The position numbers and the translations under genes are program-made. A stretch of DNA of 61,256 nt, the filler included, from Dugesia japonica (Eukaryota): NCBI GenBank assembly GCA_001938525.1. It is 5 parts of 5 records of this genome, joined end to end, with 100 filler letters (N's around TTAATTAATTAA, not from the genome) between each part and the next. Parts side by side here need not be neighbours in the genome. Positions count along the whole stretch, not along the records: positions 11,953 to 23,965 come from MQRL01493077.1; positions 24,066 to 39,434 come from MQRL01643783.1; 3 more parts are not named here. One strand, given 5' to 3'. Under the pieces are notes generated by a model. That model saw only the letters and a program-made list of their open reading frames with translations. It was not told the origin of the DNA and did not search any database. Shown piece by piece: positions 12,430 through 24,299 of the stretch (its first letter is position 1; the number at the start of each line of letters is the position of its first letter).

Positions 12430-13200
12430 GTTATAATAGATTATTATATAATGTAATGATTGAATTTAATTGTAATCGACAAATAAATGATAAATTATTA
12501 TTTTATGGTGATACAAGTACAACTGCTACTTTAAAACTAACAACTTTAGAGTTACTTATTCTCAAATGTAGATTAGTTCCAACGATGGAAGTAAATCTGT
12601 TGGAAAGAATTATTACAAATAAATCTATTCAAGTTTCTTTTTTAAATAGAGATTTTGTTGTTTGATAGAATTGTTTCAAAAAACAACTTTAGATTCAGGA
12701 AATTACTATTCACTGAAATTAAGTAATTTAACTTATAAAGCAAGATATATATTTATAGGTGTAAAATATTTAGAAATTTCTTATCAAAAAATAATAATTT
12801 ATTTATTCAACAAAATAGTAAAACTATAGAAAATTAAAAGAAAGGAAAAGTTACAACAAAATATTGTATAAAATGTATTCAAATACAATTAAATAATACA
12901 TATTATCCTATAAATGAATGTTAATTTAATATTGATAATAATGAAATGATTTTTCCTTATTTAAATTATTTGAATGGTTGTAAAGACTTTTTCATTGAAC
13001 CACATTTAACTCTACAAGAGTTTGATGATTTGTATCCAATCTTTTGTTTTGATGTTAGTTCTCAAGATGATAAATTAAACATTAATAATGTAGATGTAAC
13101 TTTACATATCAATAAAGATAGTGATTTTAAAGGAAATTTATATTGGTGTATTTTAGAAGAAAAACATTGAAATAAAATTATCCTATTCTAAAATTGTTAT
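12430..13200 (+). pseudogene. Polinton/adintovirus major capsid protein, C-terminal half (copy A)
   Basis: YNRLLYNVMIEFNCNRQINDKLLFYG and LYPIFCFDVSSQDDKL align to the fuller copy at 22329-23617. Frameshifts and stops present. Confidence 0.85.
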
Positions 13201-13302
13201 GATTGAAAATAAGCGAGGTGTGGATTTATTTAGATTTTAATATTTGGACTACACAAGTAGTCCTAAAATTCTATAATCCCTAAAGTCTTTAATTCTAAAA
13301 TA

Positions 13303-13538
13303 CACCTAGACCTCGCTTTGCGTCGATTCAGTTTGCGTTTTTTCTAACATGCGTCGTACTCGAATTTATACTAATTTTCACTCTGAACCGCTATATTTTC
13401 GAAGATGCGTCGTTAAATCTTTGATTTTCTTCATTATTTACATAGATTCTCAAATTAAATTCCAATTTATTTTGCATTGTTTCAGTCTGCGTCACAAAAT
13501 TTAGGAACGTATCTACGACGCAAAGTGGGGTCTAAGTG
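13303..13538. mobile_element. MITE with ~23-bp TIRs and TA flanks
   Basis: ta|cacctagacctcgctttgcgtcg ... cgacgcaaagtggggtctaagtg|ta. Confidence 0.75.
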
Positions 13539-13546
13539 TATATTAA

Positions 13547-14000
13547 ATGGATGAGTTTAAAAATAAATGTATTTGTGAAAATTTTAACAAAATATTACTT
13601 AGAAAAAATAAAGCTAAACATTTACGAATTTGTTTTAAAAGAGCTGATCGTGAAACTCCTTTTTGTCGCAAGCGAGAGCGAGCTCAAACTGAAGTGGAGA
13701 TCTCCAATCTAGTAAATTAACTTCTGCAATTCTAAAATCATTTAATTGGGAAAAGCATCCAGGTGAAATATGAGATTTAAGATTAGATGAAAATAATAAT
13801 CTAAAACCTGGATAAGAACCAAATAATAGAGTTCATGAAGCTGCTGTAAAACATGATTTATCTTATAAAGATGAAAATATACGATCAAGACATTTAGCAG
13901 ATGTATATTTAATTCATAATTTGAATAATATTCAAAATCTAACTACTTCGGAAAAAATGCAAAGAGGTTTTTTTATTTCTCATGAAAATAAAAAAGAACT
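13547..14000 (+). pseudogene. Polinton PLA2-like (parvoviral VP1u-type) protein, copy A
   Basis: GDLQSSKLTSAILKSFNWEKHPGE...EPNNRVHEAAVKHDLSYKDENIRSRHLAD contains the N..D.AA..HD..Y catalytic motif. Homologous to the ORF at 23653. Confidence 0.8.
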
Positions 14001-14090
14001 TAAATATAATAATGATTCCTTAAAAAAACTTGTAGATCCAATTGATGAACTACAAAAAGTAATTAATAAATTAAAAAAGTATTAATTTAC

Positions 14091-14285
14091 TTGTGCCCAC
14101 GGGCACAATTTTTTATTTAAAGATTTTGAATTTTAATTTTACAAAATACGTACCGCGGTACGTTTTTATATTTAAGAAATTTTAATTTTTTTGAAGACCG
14201 CGGTTGACATTTTTTTTGATTTGAAGACTTCAGTCTTCACTATTTTGTTTACAGATTTTAGAAATTAATTGTGCACGTGTGCACA
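14091..14285. terminator. Array of five short GC-rich palindromes with T-rich tails between convergent Polinton genes
   Basis: Inverted repeats at 14091-14108, 14148-14163, 14197-14204, 14222-14239 and 14270-14285. A terminator role is inference. Confidence 0.4.
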
Positions 14286-14295
14286 TTGTTTTTAA

Positions 14296-17200
14296 TTTAA
14301 ACATTTTAATTTTCCAGATAATTTAACTAATCTTAAATGCCAATCATTACAAACTCTACAATAAAACTTATTTCCGCGAGGCCATGTCCTTATTCCAATA
14401 TCCTCAATTAATCTCTTATTGTCATAACCTGTTAAAGCAATTTCTTTTGTTCTATTAATTCTATTTCATGTCTATTTGATTTTAAACTATAATTAGTACC
14501 ATAAATTATTTCTTTTGGGTTATTTAAAACTTTATCATTATGTTCCATTCCAATTTTATTAATTTTAGAAACTCATTTATGTTTTGTTTCTATATTTTTG
14601 TTATTGTCTTGAATAATATAACTCTTTGCTTTATATTATTAATTACATTTAACAATTTCGTTATTAGGTTTTTCGTCTTTCATTTTAAATAAATTATTAC
14701 CTAATAAATTTGTTACTTTGTTTAAATTATCTTGACCTATAATTTTTACAAATAGAGAATAAGTGTCTGAGTATTGAATTTTATATTTGTTTGTAATCCA
14801 TGTATCTAATTGATTATAAATAAAGTCATATATAACTTCTTTTGCATATTCCAAAATAGTAAAACCTATATATAGAAACTTATTATATTTATATTAGTTT
14901 TATGAAGATCTATTGCAGTTGATTCAGCTTCTCCTGTTTCTTTATAACTAAATATTTTACTAAATTTAAAATTAATTTTTGAAGCAAACATTTGATAATC
15001 TTTGTCATTATCTACAAATTCAGCATTATATCTATTTCTTATGTTTTCTAAAGTTTTACCATAAAATGCATTATTTAATAATTTCAAAAAATAATCACCA
15101 AAAACATTTTTATTTCTTTTTGCTTTATTTCTTTGATCAATTTTAAATTGAATGTAATCTTTTAACCATGGTGTTGTTGGCATTTTATATTTACCATGAA
15201 TTGTTTTTATTTTCATTCCTAAAAATAAATATAAATCTAAAGTACTTCCAAAAACAATATAATTTTGTTTATCAAATTGATTTAAAGTTAATTTAACATT
15301 TTTCTTAATCAACTGTTTCTGAAATGGTAATTAATAATGAGCTAACATTTCACTTGTTATATTAATTAGATCTGGTGATAATGGAAAGTATTTTGTCTTT
15401 ACATGAATTTCAGGTGGATATTCTAAATCAACTTCATAAATTTAATTAATTTTATCTGTTGATTTCGTATAAGTTAAGTCCTGACATTCATAAATTTCAC
15501 TTGTTTGTAAAGGTTTTGTCATACAAGATGCATATAAACTATTTTCACCAAAATATTTTATTAATGTTTCTTCAAAATAATCTTTGGGAAGATATTGTTT
15601 ATTTTTACATAAATTTAATAAATCATCATATTGAGCATTATTTATTTTTTTATTATTTCTTTTACTATTTCCAAAACCTTATCTCTCACCACATACTCCA
15701 AAATATCAAGCTTTAACACCTCTTTCTATTTTAATAAATCTATCATAAGTTTCTTTATGAGCATATTTTAATTTTATTTTAGTAAATTTCATTCCAGAAT
15801 TTCAAGTTAAGCCTGGAGCTGAATAACAATAGCATGGATCTATTTGATAATTATTTGAACACGTTTCTCTAGAATTCTCAAAGAAATCTGCTAAAATAAT
15901 TACATCTAATTTCATGTAATACAATCAAATAAATTTTTATGTTTTTCTAAATATTGTAAAAATTCATTATAATCATTTTCTGATATTCTTTTTTGTTTTA
16001 GTTTATTATTAAAATTTTTTTTTGTTGGAACTCGTTTGCTTTTTATTAAATTAATCACTTCATTTATATTTTCTCCTTTTACATATTCATAAAGAAATGA
16101 TATTTTCTTTGGTTTTAAATTAAATGATTTTAAGTGATTATATCTACCAGATTGATTTCACATTTCACCCATTTTCTCAATTGATGTAAATGGAAACACT
16201 CATGCTGAATCTAAAAATTTAATATTTTCATATTGAAATGAAATATAAATTTCATCTGTATAAGGAATTATTCTTTTAACTTTACTTGGATATTAAGTTA
16301 ATAATTCTTTGAAAAATAAATAATTATCATAATTTGATGGATTGTGAAATTAAAATTAAATAAATAAGTGCTTTATAGACATTTATTTTGAAAAACAAAT
16401 TCTAATAAGCAAAATTTATTTGCAATTGCAAAGATAAAAATCGAATCGTTAATGTTAAAATATTTAATTTCTGAAATGAAATTTAAATGCTTTATAGATT
16501 TATCTTGTAAATTACATTTTGAATGAGCATATCCTCTAAATCCCCCATTAAAATGATCATGATCAATTACTGAATTTTCAAATTCCATCACTTTATTTCA
16601 ATATCTACATTTTAGGTGAGCTTGCTCGCCTTTACTAAGATCAGGAACTTCACTTAAACATCTTGTTATTTATTTTTTTTTCTTTTATATCCTTTAATTT
16701 ATTATTTAGTTCATTTAAAAATTCAAAATATTGTTCATGAATATTTTCTCCATAAAATTCTTTGTATTCATTTTCCATTAAATGTTGATATTTACTGACT
16801 CCATAAATTCCAAGTGATAAAGGTTTTTGTTTTTTGGTTATTGTACTGGTCCAACTTTCAAAATCACCATAAACTACAAAAGGCATTTTATTTTTGTAAT
16901 AATAATTTTGAAAATAAAAATAATAATGTTTTGAAAATGTTATATTTGATATTTCATGATTAATACATTCATTTTGATGTTTTGTTAATCAATTTTTTCT
17001 ATGATAACAATTCATACATCTAATACATAAATAATTTTTATTTCTATTTGTTGTATAAAATACTTGCACATATCTTCAAAAAATAAAATTATTTTTATAA
17101 ACTAATAAATTACATTTATTTTCATTTGAATTTGGTTTATTTTCATAATGAGAATTATATAGAGGTTCAAGTTTTTTGGAGTCAGTTACAGTAAATACAT

Positions 17201-17683
17201 TTATTTTCCAATCATTAAATTTTTCAAATTTTAACATCATCAATATTTACAGGAAATTTAATTCCACTTTTTTAAATTCATTTAAATAAAGAATATATTT
17301 TTCAACTCGAGTTGGATGATCAAATATATATTTATGAGCCAAAATTGAATATAGAAAACATTTTTCATCTTTATTTTGAATAATAATTACACCTGGCTTT
17401 GAAATGGTAATTTTGTAATGAGCTTTTGCATGATTTTGATACAAAAACCTTTTCTTACAAATTTTACCAATATAACGGTACATTCTAGGCAATTCCACAA
17501 ATTCTAGAATTTACATGTTCTCTCAAACCACTCATAGATCGAAATGTGTTTAGACATCGTGAGCAAGTAAATCTCGCTCTATGTAGAACACAACATTGAG
17601 ATCTAAAATGAGATGTTAGATCTGCTTTACTTTTAAAAATCTTTTTACAAAGATTATTTGGACAAACCAATTCACATTGTCAT
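14296..17683 (-). pseudogene. Protein-primed family B DNA polymerase of a Polinton/adintovirus (copy A), with N-terminal zinc fingers and an endonuclease VII-like insertion
   Basis: Motifs in order: C2H2-like fingers; IIIQNKDEKCFLYSILAH; ExoI VVYGDFES; DHDHFNGGFRGYAHSKCNL; ExoII FHNPSNYD; LDVIILADFFE; ENSLYASCM; KLLNNAFYGKT; YSDTYS (decayed YxDTDS); KMKDE. Many stops and frameshifts. Confidence 0.93.
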
Positions 17684-17809
17684 TTTAAATATAAATAATT
17701 TAGTCAGATAGATTTCACCTACTTTAAAGATTGTTATTTACTTATTTTTTTATATTTTATTATAAAAACTTTATAGATAGTTATTTATATTTATATTTAT
17801 TTTTTCGAG

Positions 17810-18530
17810 TTGGAAGTTTTTACTATATAATTTGGTAAATCACTTTTTGCCGCATATACTCTTTTTATATCACCTTCATATTCTTCTGGAACTTTTAGTC
17901 ACTTAAATTATCACTATTTTCTTTTATTTTATTTAACATATTAATACAATCCATATTTGTAATAATTAGATCATCATCAACTTCATATTTTATTAATGAA
18001 AATTTTAAACCAGGATGTTCTTTTAATTTTGGTTGTTGTTCAAGATTTAATTGTTCTCTTAATCTATTACATTCATCTCTTTGTTTTTGAAAATTAATTT
18101 CTAATTGTTTTATTTCTATATTTTCAACTGCTTGTTGAGATAAACTATTTATTATTTTTCCCTTACATTCTGATTCACAAAATTTAGCAAGCATTATACT
18201 TAATAATTGAAACTTTTTTACTATCTTTAAATTTCTCAACTTGAATATACATTTCTTTTGAAACAGTTAAATATTTTTCTGCAATTTTATTTGTAATTCT
18301 ACATTTCGTAAAATTATTTTTTTTTTGATACTATAATTTTCAATCTTTGTGAAATTATTTATAGTATTATACAAAGTGTTTATACCCAACACTTCATGAT
18401 CACTTGATTTTTAAATAACTTTTTTTTTACTTCCTATTTTCTTTAGTGATAATTTAATATTTTTGATTTAATGTTTGCACTGGCTCTTATTCTTTTTTCA
18501 ACATGTTTTAACAATTCCTCTTTACTCATT
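17810..18530 (-). pseudogene. Decayed Polinton accessory ORF upstream of pPolB (includes 17895-18239), coiled-coil segment, unknown function
   Basis: Lys/Glu-rich coding-like sequence on the same strand directly upstream of pPolB; no recognisable motif. Confidence 0.4.
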
Positions 18531-19959
18531 TTATGATAATCATTCTTCGTTTGCGTTAGCTCTCTCTTCATTTGGTTTTGTTGATGGGACCCGATGGGAT
18601 TTATATTTGGAGGTTTAGGATTTTAAATGGGATCTTTTGGAATCTAAAGTTTAGGATTTTTATCAAATCGTTTTATTAAAGATTCATATTGTCCATTATT
18701 TTCTCTTTTTAAAATTCTAATGTTTTTTTCTGTTATATGGAATATTAAATTTTCTTAAATATTTTATTGCTGTTTTATGATTTACATTAATTTTTTTACA
18801 AAAAGTTGAAACAAAATTTTCCAAAAAATTATAAAGTTTTATGAGTTTATAAAAATCATTTTATATGTTATTATTACTAACCATTTTATTAATAAAGATT
18901 TTTCTGTACCTTAACAATACCTTTACTGTACGGTTACGGTTACTGTATTGAAAAAAAATAATAATAATAAAAACTATTTATATTTTATTCCAATATTATA
19001 ATTTTTACTTTTTCTAATTTTTCTTACAATTTTTCATTTTCAATTGATAAATCATATATTGTCTTTCCAACTAAATTTATAGCTTCTTCAAATAATTAAA
19101 ATTTTCGAAAAACAACTTTTAAAATTATACTTTGCTCTTTTGGAATAAACTTCATAATTTGAATATAATCATGTTTTAGATTATTCATAAATTTTGGATC
19201 TTGTTTTATATTTTCAAATAAACTCTTCCATTTTTTAACTGATAAAAAAACAAAACATTTATTTATATTTGCAGTTGCGCTTGCGTTTTCATTTCTATTA
19301 AAACATAATTAAAAAAACTAAGTACAAGTAGAGGCAATAATACGATATTAGCTGAGATTTCTTTTCCTAAATGTGCACTGATATTTTTTAAACAACATGC
19401 AAAAATCTAATATACAAATCGAAGCCAAAAACACAAGCCTTGATTTTTAAATTTTTTTTTCTGTTCCTCTGGTATTGAACTCTGTTTTACTGGTAATGAT
19501 TACCCTCTTTTTTCCTTTGTAATCACTGCTTAATTTCTGTTGTACTGGTATCGATTGTGCTCATAATAAGTATTTTTTATCATTTACACAACTTTGGAGC
19601 TACTGTCTCGGCTAAGATCTTATTTATCCCCTCTACTGATGTTCTAAATGTAAAAAATCAAGAAATACAAAGGAGTTATTTTACTAGAGAAAGAGACCTG
19701 CAAATTGTAATGTGATTTATATTTCTCAAACATATTTTCATTTAGATAAATACTCTTTTAGAAATAATTCCAACTGTTTTATATTTTTTTAATTAAACAA
19801 AACAAAACATTGGAAAACTAAATATAATTACTATTATTTAGATAGAGAAGCTGATGTATTGATGGAAGATCTTTTTGAAGAAAAGAATGTGTGATTTATT
19901 TGAAGAGAAAGTGTGATTTATTTCTCCTCTTAGAGAGAGGATTTGAAAGAGGTGAGGCT

Positions 19960-20544
19960 TTACCTGTTTCTTTATAATTAAATATTTTACTAGATCTAAA
20001 GTTTATTTTTGAAGCAAACTTTTGATTATCTTTATCATTGTCAACTATTTCTAAATTCCATCTATTTCTTATGTTTTCTAAAGTTTTACCATAAAATGGA
20101 TTAAACTATTATTTATAAATGAAATCACCAAACACATCGTTTTTTCGTTTAGCTTCTCTTCTCAATTCTATAAGTTTATGAAAATAATCTTTAAACCATA
20201 GTGTAATCGGCATTTTGTAGTTTTTTATTTTCATTCCTAAAGATGTAAATAAATCTAAAGTACTTCCTAAAACAATGTAATTTTGTTTATCAAATTGATT
20301 TAGAGTAATTTAAAATTTTTTTTACTCAACATTTTATTAAAACTAAATTGATATGGACATAAAATTTCATTTGTGATATTAATTCGATCTGGAGCTAATG
20401 GAAAGTATTTTGTTTATTCATGTAGGTCTAATGGATATTCTAAATCAAATTCAGAAATTCATTTTATCCGTTGATGGAGTGTAAATTAAATCTTTGGATT
20501 CAAAAATTTCACTTGTTGGTAGAGATTTTGTCATAAAAGATGTG
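19960..20544 (-). pseudogene. pPolB fragment (copy B)
   Basis: TSFMTKSLPTSE...GKTLENIRNRWNLEIVDNDKDNQKFASKINFRSSKIFNYKETG is collinear with 14930-15530. Confidence 0.9.
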
Positions 20545-20775
20545 AGTAGTTTTAAAATGGGCTGAATCGGCCCCATACTATTTTTTTCATTTTTTCGTCG
20601 TAGCCCAAATGGGCACTTTTACAGGTTTTCGGTTCCATATGAGTAAAAAAACATGAAACGTGTTAAAATTAGGAAATTTTAAATAAAAATTAAAATAATG
20701 AAAAAATAACATTTAGAAAAGGCTCAAAAATGAAAAAAACCGTACAAGGCCGATTCAGCCCATTTTAAAACTACT
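20545..20775. mobile_element. 231-bp miniature element with perfect 28-bp TIRs beginning AGTAGT
   Basis: agtagttttaaaatgggctgaatcggcc (20545-20572) is the exact reverse complement of 20748-20775, with imperfect extension to about 50 bp. Confidence 0.85.
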
Positions 20776-22328
20776 ACACTTTTATAAATTTTAGTTTTTT
20801 TAAATAAATAATAAAAAGTTATTTTTAATAATAAAAATAAAAAATAATGAAAATAAATTATTTGTTTAGGTGTGCCAATTAATTTATTTGAAACGGTCAT
20901 AGTTTAATGATCCTTTCAATTTTTAGTACTTGAGAATTTTTTTTAAAACTGTGTACTAAGATGAAATAAAAAATATTTGTTCAATGGATTTTTAAAAATT
21001 AACAAAACTTTATTATGTAAAATTTGTGGTACTTTTGTTTTATTTTTATTTTGTTATTTCGCATTTTATTATAACAAATAATAATAATAATAAATTTAAA
21101 TAATTAAAATAAAAAATGACAATACAAAACATAAAAGTAAAAAAATTTGAATCATAAATAATTAAACTTTTAAAGATCTTAAAAATTATTTCGTTTTTTT
21201 TCTAAAATTAATTAATCCAATTTTTTAAAATGGCCACTTGAATTCATTCAAATGTTGAGATACCTTGGGGGATTTGGCGAAGATAAGTCAACAAAGCGTG
21301 AGTTTAATAAATTTAATTTCAAATAATCCCAGTATATTAACGTTATAAAATTGAATTTATAAACCTTAATATAGCTACTATAAATATAATGATTTATTTT
21401 ATATATATACTATATAGTAATCCTTATTCAATAAAATCAAGATTTACTTTTTTAAAATATGTAATTGAACACAAAATTTCGTTTCACTTAATTACAAAAT
21501 TCTATTTTACACACGTAGAGATTTTTAACCTTTTTGTTGAAGATCTCAGAAGGTCCAAATAATTTTCGGTTTTAAAAGAAGGGTGATCAATTAAAAATTT
21601 GATCACTATTTATACTGTTACAGATACTAGTACGAAATGCATAATTATTATAAAATAAATAAAACTTACAAAAAAAAATCATAAAAATTCCATTATTACG
21701 TATAAAATCAATAATTTCAATAAATAATTTCGGTAAATTACAGATCATTTGTAAATAATTATTCATAAGATATCAGTAATTTCAATAAATAATTTCAGTA
21801 AATTACAGATTGTTTGTAAATAGATAACTGTTCATAAAATATTTCTAATTATAAATAGTTGTTCATNNNNNNNNNNNNNNNNNNNNNNNNNNNNNNNNNN
21901 NNNNNNNNNNNNNNNNNNNNNNNNNNNNNNNNNNNNNNNNNNNNNNNNNNNNNNNNNNNNNNNNNNNNNNNNNNNNNNNNNNNNNNNNNNNNNNNNNNNN
22001 NNNNNNNNNNNNNNNNNNNNNNNNNNNNATAAAGTTTATTGATTTTGAATTGATTGATTGCTCGAATTGATTGATTGATTGAGTTGGTTGATTGGGATGC
22101 TTTCCTTGTATGTTGTATATGTCAATGATTTTATTTATATGATTTTAATTTTCCTCAACACAATCATTCGTTTTCAAATATTGAAAATAATATGTTATAC
22201 TATATTTAGAGTCTCCCGCGAGGGACTCTATTTTTAGTAATTATATAATATTTTAATCAATTTAATTAGTTAATATGTTTTTAAATAAAATCGTTGAGAA
22301 AAATAAATATTATCAGAAGAATAATAAA

Positions 22329-23617
22329 ATGGCTAAATCTGAACCGAAATCTAAACTTAATTTAAACTACAATAAAGAATTTAAACATGATATAAAGAAA
22401 AATGATGTATTAAAGATTTCTCGAACAATAGGATCAATTTCTAATTTAAATAAATCAGGAGATATTGTTTTTCAATCATTACAATCATCGAATCATTTAG
22501 ATATTTGTAACGAACGATTATATTATAAAATTGAAATAACACTTACATCCGATAAAGATGATATAACTTTAGAAAATAATTTCTTTCCTAATTTATTTAG
22601 TAATATAAGATTGAAATTAGGTTCACCAGAAGTAGGTTCAGTTTTAAATCCAGGAGTATATTCATCTATGTTAAAATTTATTTTAAGTGATACGGATTAT
22701 AAAAAAGAATACGGAGAAATGGCTGGATGGATCCCAGATATTATCGCAGTAACAAACGATGTTACAGGAAAAGATATTAATACTCGTTATTATAAAAGAA
22801 AATTATTATATAATGCTACAAAGAAATTTGAAGGATATTTTGACTTAAAATATTTATTTGGGTTTCTTCAGAATTATGATAGGGTTTTACATTATGTATT
22901 TATCGAATTAATATGCAACAGACAAGTAGAAGACAAATTACACTTTTTTGGAGCAGATAAATTAACAGCAAAATTAAAGCTTATAACAATAGAATTACAT
23001 ATACCTGAGTAGACACTTAATCCAAGATTAGAAGTAAGTCTTTTAAAAAGACTAAATTCAAATAAATCTATAAATGCAAATTATTTAAATAGAATTTGTT
23101 CTGTTATTGATATGGGTGAAGGATCAACCTATTCTGTTAAATTAGCAAATTTAGCTTATAGACCTAGATATATTTTAATTGATTTTAAAGATACAGATAT
23201 TTCTTTTTAAAACAATAATAATTTATTTATAGTTAAAGATGTAACAACTAGTTTAAAATCAATACAAATACAGTTAAATAATACATATTATCCCGTCAAC
23301 AGAATGGAGTTTAATGTATCAAATAACGAAATGTTATTTCCTTTTAGTTCATATGTAAATTATTATAAAGAATTTAAAGTTAAACCACAACTTAGTTTAC
23401 AAGATTATAATAAATTATATCCCATATTTTTTGTATTGATACGTCAGTACAAGATGATAAATTATCGAATAATAACGTTGATGTTACTTTACATTACACA
23501 AAAGATATAGGTTTCAAAGCTAAATTATATTGTTTAATTCTTGAAGAAAGAAAAATTGAAATGAGATTAAGTAGAGGTAAAATAAGTATAATAGAAAATG
23601 TAAGAGTAGTTGCCTAA
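22329..23617 (+). pseudogene. Polinton/adintovirus double jelly-roll major capsid protein (copy B, ~430 codons, disrupted)
   Basis: ITLENNFFPNLFSNIRLKLG..EV...NPG..S.M, LKYLFGFLQNYDRVL, RPRYILI, LNNTYYP and LYPIF(C)IDTSVQ are typical Polinton MCP motifs. Stop at 23010, another near 23208, and a frameshift near 23430. Confidence 0.9.
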
Positions 23618-23652
23618 CTTTTATAAATAGATAAATAAACAAACAAATAAAA

Positions 23653-23965
23653 ATGAGTGATTTAAATTGGTATTGTAATCTATGTAATTCTTCTGCTTTA
23701 CGTAAATATAAAGCTATACATGAAAGAACAGATAAACATATTAAAAATCTTAATTCCCCTGTTGGAAAAATAATTATAAAAAGATCATCTCTTAAAACTA
23801 AACGTGAAGTGATGGATAATAAATTTCCATTGGAGAAAACTGGTGGAGATATTCAATCTTCTAAAGTTACTTCCTTATTATTAAAACCATTTCCTTTTGA
23901 AAAATATCCTCGTGAAAGACATTCTTTTAGACATAATTATACTGAGCCAAATACAAGATTAGAAA
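23653..23965 (+). CDS. Zinc finger + PLA2-like Polinton protein (copy B), truncated by contig end
   Basis: WYCNLC...HERTDKH zinc finger, then GGDIQSSKVTS...HNYTEPNTRL (decayed NY.GPGT Ca-loop motif). Confidence 0.75.
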
Positions 23966-24009
23966 NNNNNNNNNNNNNNNNNNNNNNNNNNNNNNNNNNN
24001 NNNNNNNNN

Positions 24010-24021
24010 TTAATTAATTAA
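24010..24021. other. Artificial contig linker TTAATTAATTAA
   Basis: Same N-flanked 12-mer. Confidence 0.95.
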
Positions 24022-24090
24022 NNNNNNNNNNNNNNNNNNNNNNNNNNNNNNNNNNNNNNNNNNNNTTATTATTATTATTATTATTATTTT

Positions 24091-24299
24091 TGTGAGTAGG
24101 ATATATTTAATTAAATAATTATTTGACCGTATGTATGTTATAATTTATGTGACCCCTATGTATGTTGTGAATGAATAATATATTCCCCGAATCCTTGCAT
24201 CACTTATATTCTCCATATTTAGGAATGCAATTGGTGTGTAATTGGTACTTTTATTCCAATATAATTTTTTTAAATTAGTTTTAGTTCTGTATACTAATA
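24091..24299 (+). repeat. 5' LTR of the Gypsy element
   Basis: Starts TG; collinear with 27991-28200 (gagtaggatatattt, ttgcatcacttata, atgcaattggtgt). Confidence 0.85.

Noticed and set aside
14091-14285. CRISPR-like reading of the spaced palindromes
   Set aside because: The palindromes differ in sequence, the context is eukaryotic and no cas genes are present.
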